From contig JBJOKS010000002.1 of the NCBI GenBank assembly GCA_046045965.1, positions 96,001-160,000 on the forward strand: a stretch of 64,000 nucleotides of DNA, given 5' to 3'. Each line of letters begins with the position of its first letter. Within the stretch, counting starts at the first letter, position 1. Source of the DNA: Cyanobacteriota bacterium (GTDB lineage Bacteria; Cyanobacteriota; Cyanobacteriia; Cyanobacteriales; Nostocaceae). A program made the translations under genes and the position numbers. The notes under the pieces are model-generated. The model was not told the origin of the DNA. It made no database searches and saw only the letters and a list, made by a program, of their open reading frames with translations. Below, one piece after another: positions 62,633 through 64,000 of this stretch.

Positions 62633-62839
62633 ATGATGAAAATGACACTGATTGAATTACGTACAAAAGGTTATCAAGCCTTAGTTAAAGAGTTAGGATT
62701 AATTGACACAATACGCTTTTTACAAGAAATGGGTTGGGGTTCTGGTGACTATACAAAAGAAGGCAAAAAGTCTCTAAAAAATGTAACAAGAGGAGAATTT
62801 TGACAAGATATTGAAGAAATTACAAAGGAGAAAATTTGA
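62633..62839 (+). pseudogene. Small antitoxin-like ORF with in-frame TGA at 62801
   Basis: MMKMTLIELRTKGYQALVKELGLIDTIRFLQEMGWGSGDYTKE...EF*QDIEEI; resembles small proteins that usually follow PIN genes. Confidence 0.6.
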
Positions 62840-62903
62840 ATTTATCATAATAGTAAATAAAGTTATATAATGTTTAATAACATAACAATTAAGAGGCGGA
62901 AAA

Positions 62904-63353
62904 ATGACACAGATACAACCAGAAGTATCCTTATATGAACAAGATTACTTACTCTGGATAGAAGATATAGTTAACAAATTACGTAATAGGGATATTGACG
63001 GTTTAGATTTTGATAATTTAATTGAGGAGATAGACAGTTTGGGACGTTCAGATAAACGTGAGTTAGAAAGTAGACTCAGAGAACTTTTAGAGCATATTCT
63101 CAAGCGCAAATATGTGGATATGCCTGATTGTTCTCGTGGTTGGGTAGAATCTATTAACAAGCAAAGGATTGGAATTAGAAAATTACTCAAAGATTCACCA
63201 AGTCTCAAGCCCTATTTTAGCACAGTATTTGATGAAGTTTATGCGGATACTCTCAAAATCGTATCTATGAGTTATCCACAGTGTGAATTTCCTGATAAAT
63301 GGCCATTTAGTTGTGATATTGATGCAATGCTAAATGTGGATTTTTGGGAATAA
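62904..63353 (+). CDS. DUF29 domain protein
   Basis: LYEQDYLLW, DNLIEEIDSLG, LLKDSPSLK, FPDKWPF. Confidence 0.9.
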   Translation: MTQIQPEVSLYEQDYLLWIEDIVNKLRNRDIDGLDFDNLIEEIDSLGRSDKRELESRLRELLEHILKRKYVDMPDCSRGWVESINKQRIGIRKLLKDSPSLKPYFSTVFDEVYADTLKIVSMSYPQCEFPDKWPFSCDIDAMLNVDFWE

Positions 63354-63420
63354 TTAAATAATATACCAGATCCTCGACTTCTTAAATAATTCGGGGATCT
63401 AAATCAGGAGGTGTCATAAA

Positions 63421-64000
63421 ATGGGAAATCTTGCCGATAAATTAACCACAAAATCACCAGAATTTAAAAATATGTTTTTAGGTCAATTTCCTGAACAACA
63501 ACTCAAAGCAGGAAACACAGATAAATATTATCAAACTCTCACGGATTTTGATTTTATCTCTCTCAAAATCAATTATACTCAATTGGGAATAGAAGCATTA
63601 ATCAAAGATTATGATTTAATTGAAAATCCTGAAATATTAGAACTTTTAGCGGATGATGAACAACTAACAACAGGACAAATTAAAACTTTAAAATTAATTC
63701 AAAGAACCTTAGAATTATCAGCCTATATTTTAAACGAACATCCTCATCAATTAGTCGGTCAACTCTGGGGAAGATTACAGAGTTGTCAAAATCCCGATAT
63801 TCAGAAATTATTACAAGATGCAGCAGCAAGTAAAAGTGAAATTCCCCGATTTATTCCCATTAAATCCAGCTTAAATACTCCTGACGGAAAATTATTGCGT
63901 ACTCTTAAAGGTCATGATAACGCAGTCAGAGCAGTAGCAATTACACCGGATGGGAAAAAAGCTGTTTCTGGTTCTGATGATAAAACTTTGAAATTATGGA
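63421..64000 (+). CDS. APAF1-helical-domain plus WD40 repeat protein (runs off the window)
   Basis: Not in the ORF track because it has no stop in the window; AGGAGG RBS; MGNLADK...LTDFDFISLKI..GIEALIKDYD..QLVGQLWGRL..LRTLKGHDNAVRAVAITPDGKKAVSGSDDKTLKLW. Confidence 0.88.
   Translation, partial: MGNLADKLTTKSPEFKNMFLGQFPEQQLKAGNTDKYYQTLTDFDFISLKINYTQLGIEALIKDYDLIENPEILELLADDEQLTTGQIKTLKLIQRTLELSAYILNEHPHQLVGQLWGRLQSCQNPDIQKLLQDAAASKSEIPRFIPIKSSLNTPDGKLLRTLKGHDNAVRAVAITPDGKKAVSGSDDKTLKLW

Noticed and set aside
60002..63400. Absence of HIP1 sites as evidence of foreign origin
   Set aside because: HIP1 occurs roughly once per 2-3 kb here, so none in 3.4 kb is not significant.

Overview
AT-rich chromosomal window from a heterocyst-forming cyanobacterium (Nostocales), judged from the hgl cluster, frequent HIP1 GCGATCGC sites and STRR-type heptamer repeats. 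Bases 1-26,200 hold the heterocyst glycolipid (hgl) island: a minus-strand glycosyltransferase/epimerase/exporter block (hglT to hgdA-hgdC-hgdB) divergent from the PKS block hglE-hglG-hglD-hglC-hglA-hglB(hetM) and a hetN-position SDR. Bases 26,300-58,200 are mostly core genes (rpsO, PAM68, aroF, tyrA, ppgK, sfsA, gntK, pfkB, pedR, phoH, khpA, rpsP, ffh, two Ser/Thr kinases) mixed with REP/MITE/SDR repeats. Bases 58,400-64,000 look like an accessory defence-like locus: a frameshifted STAND-type NTPase and an APAF1-helical/WD40 partner separated by 3.4 kb of cargo (orphan membrane protein, ABC-ATPase plus DUF4276 pair, toxin-antitoxin relics, DUF29). Best leads: the split NLR-like locus, a dnaX-like A10G slippery site right after the second ACP of hglE, a hetN-position SDR lacking RGSGR, HIP1-targeted micro-insertions inside genes, and a four-way-junction RNA after hglT. 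Family names come from recognising motifs by eye; no database search was run.
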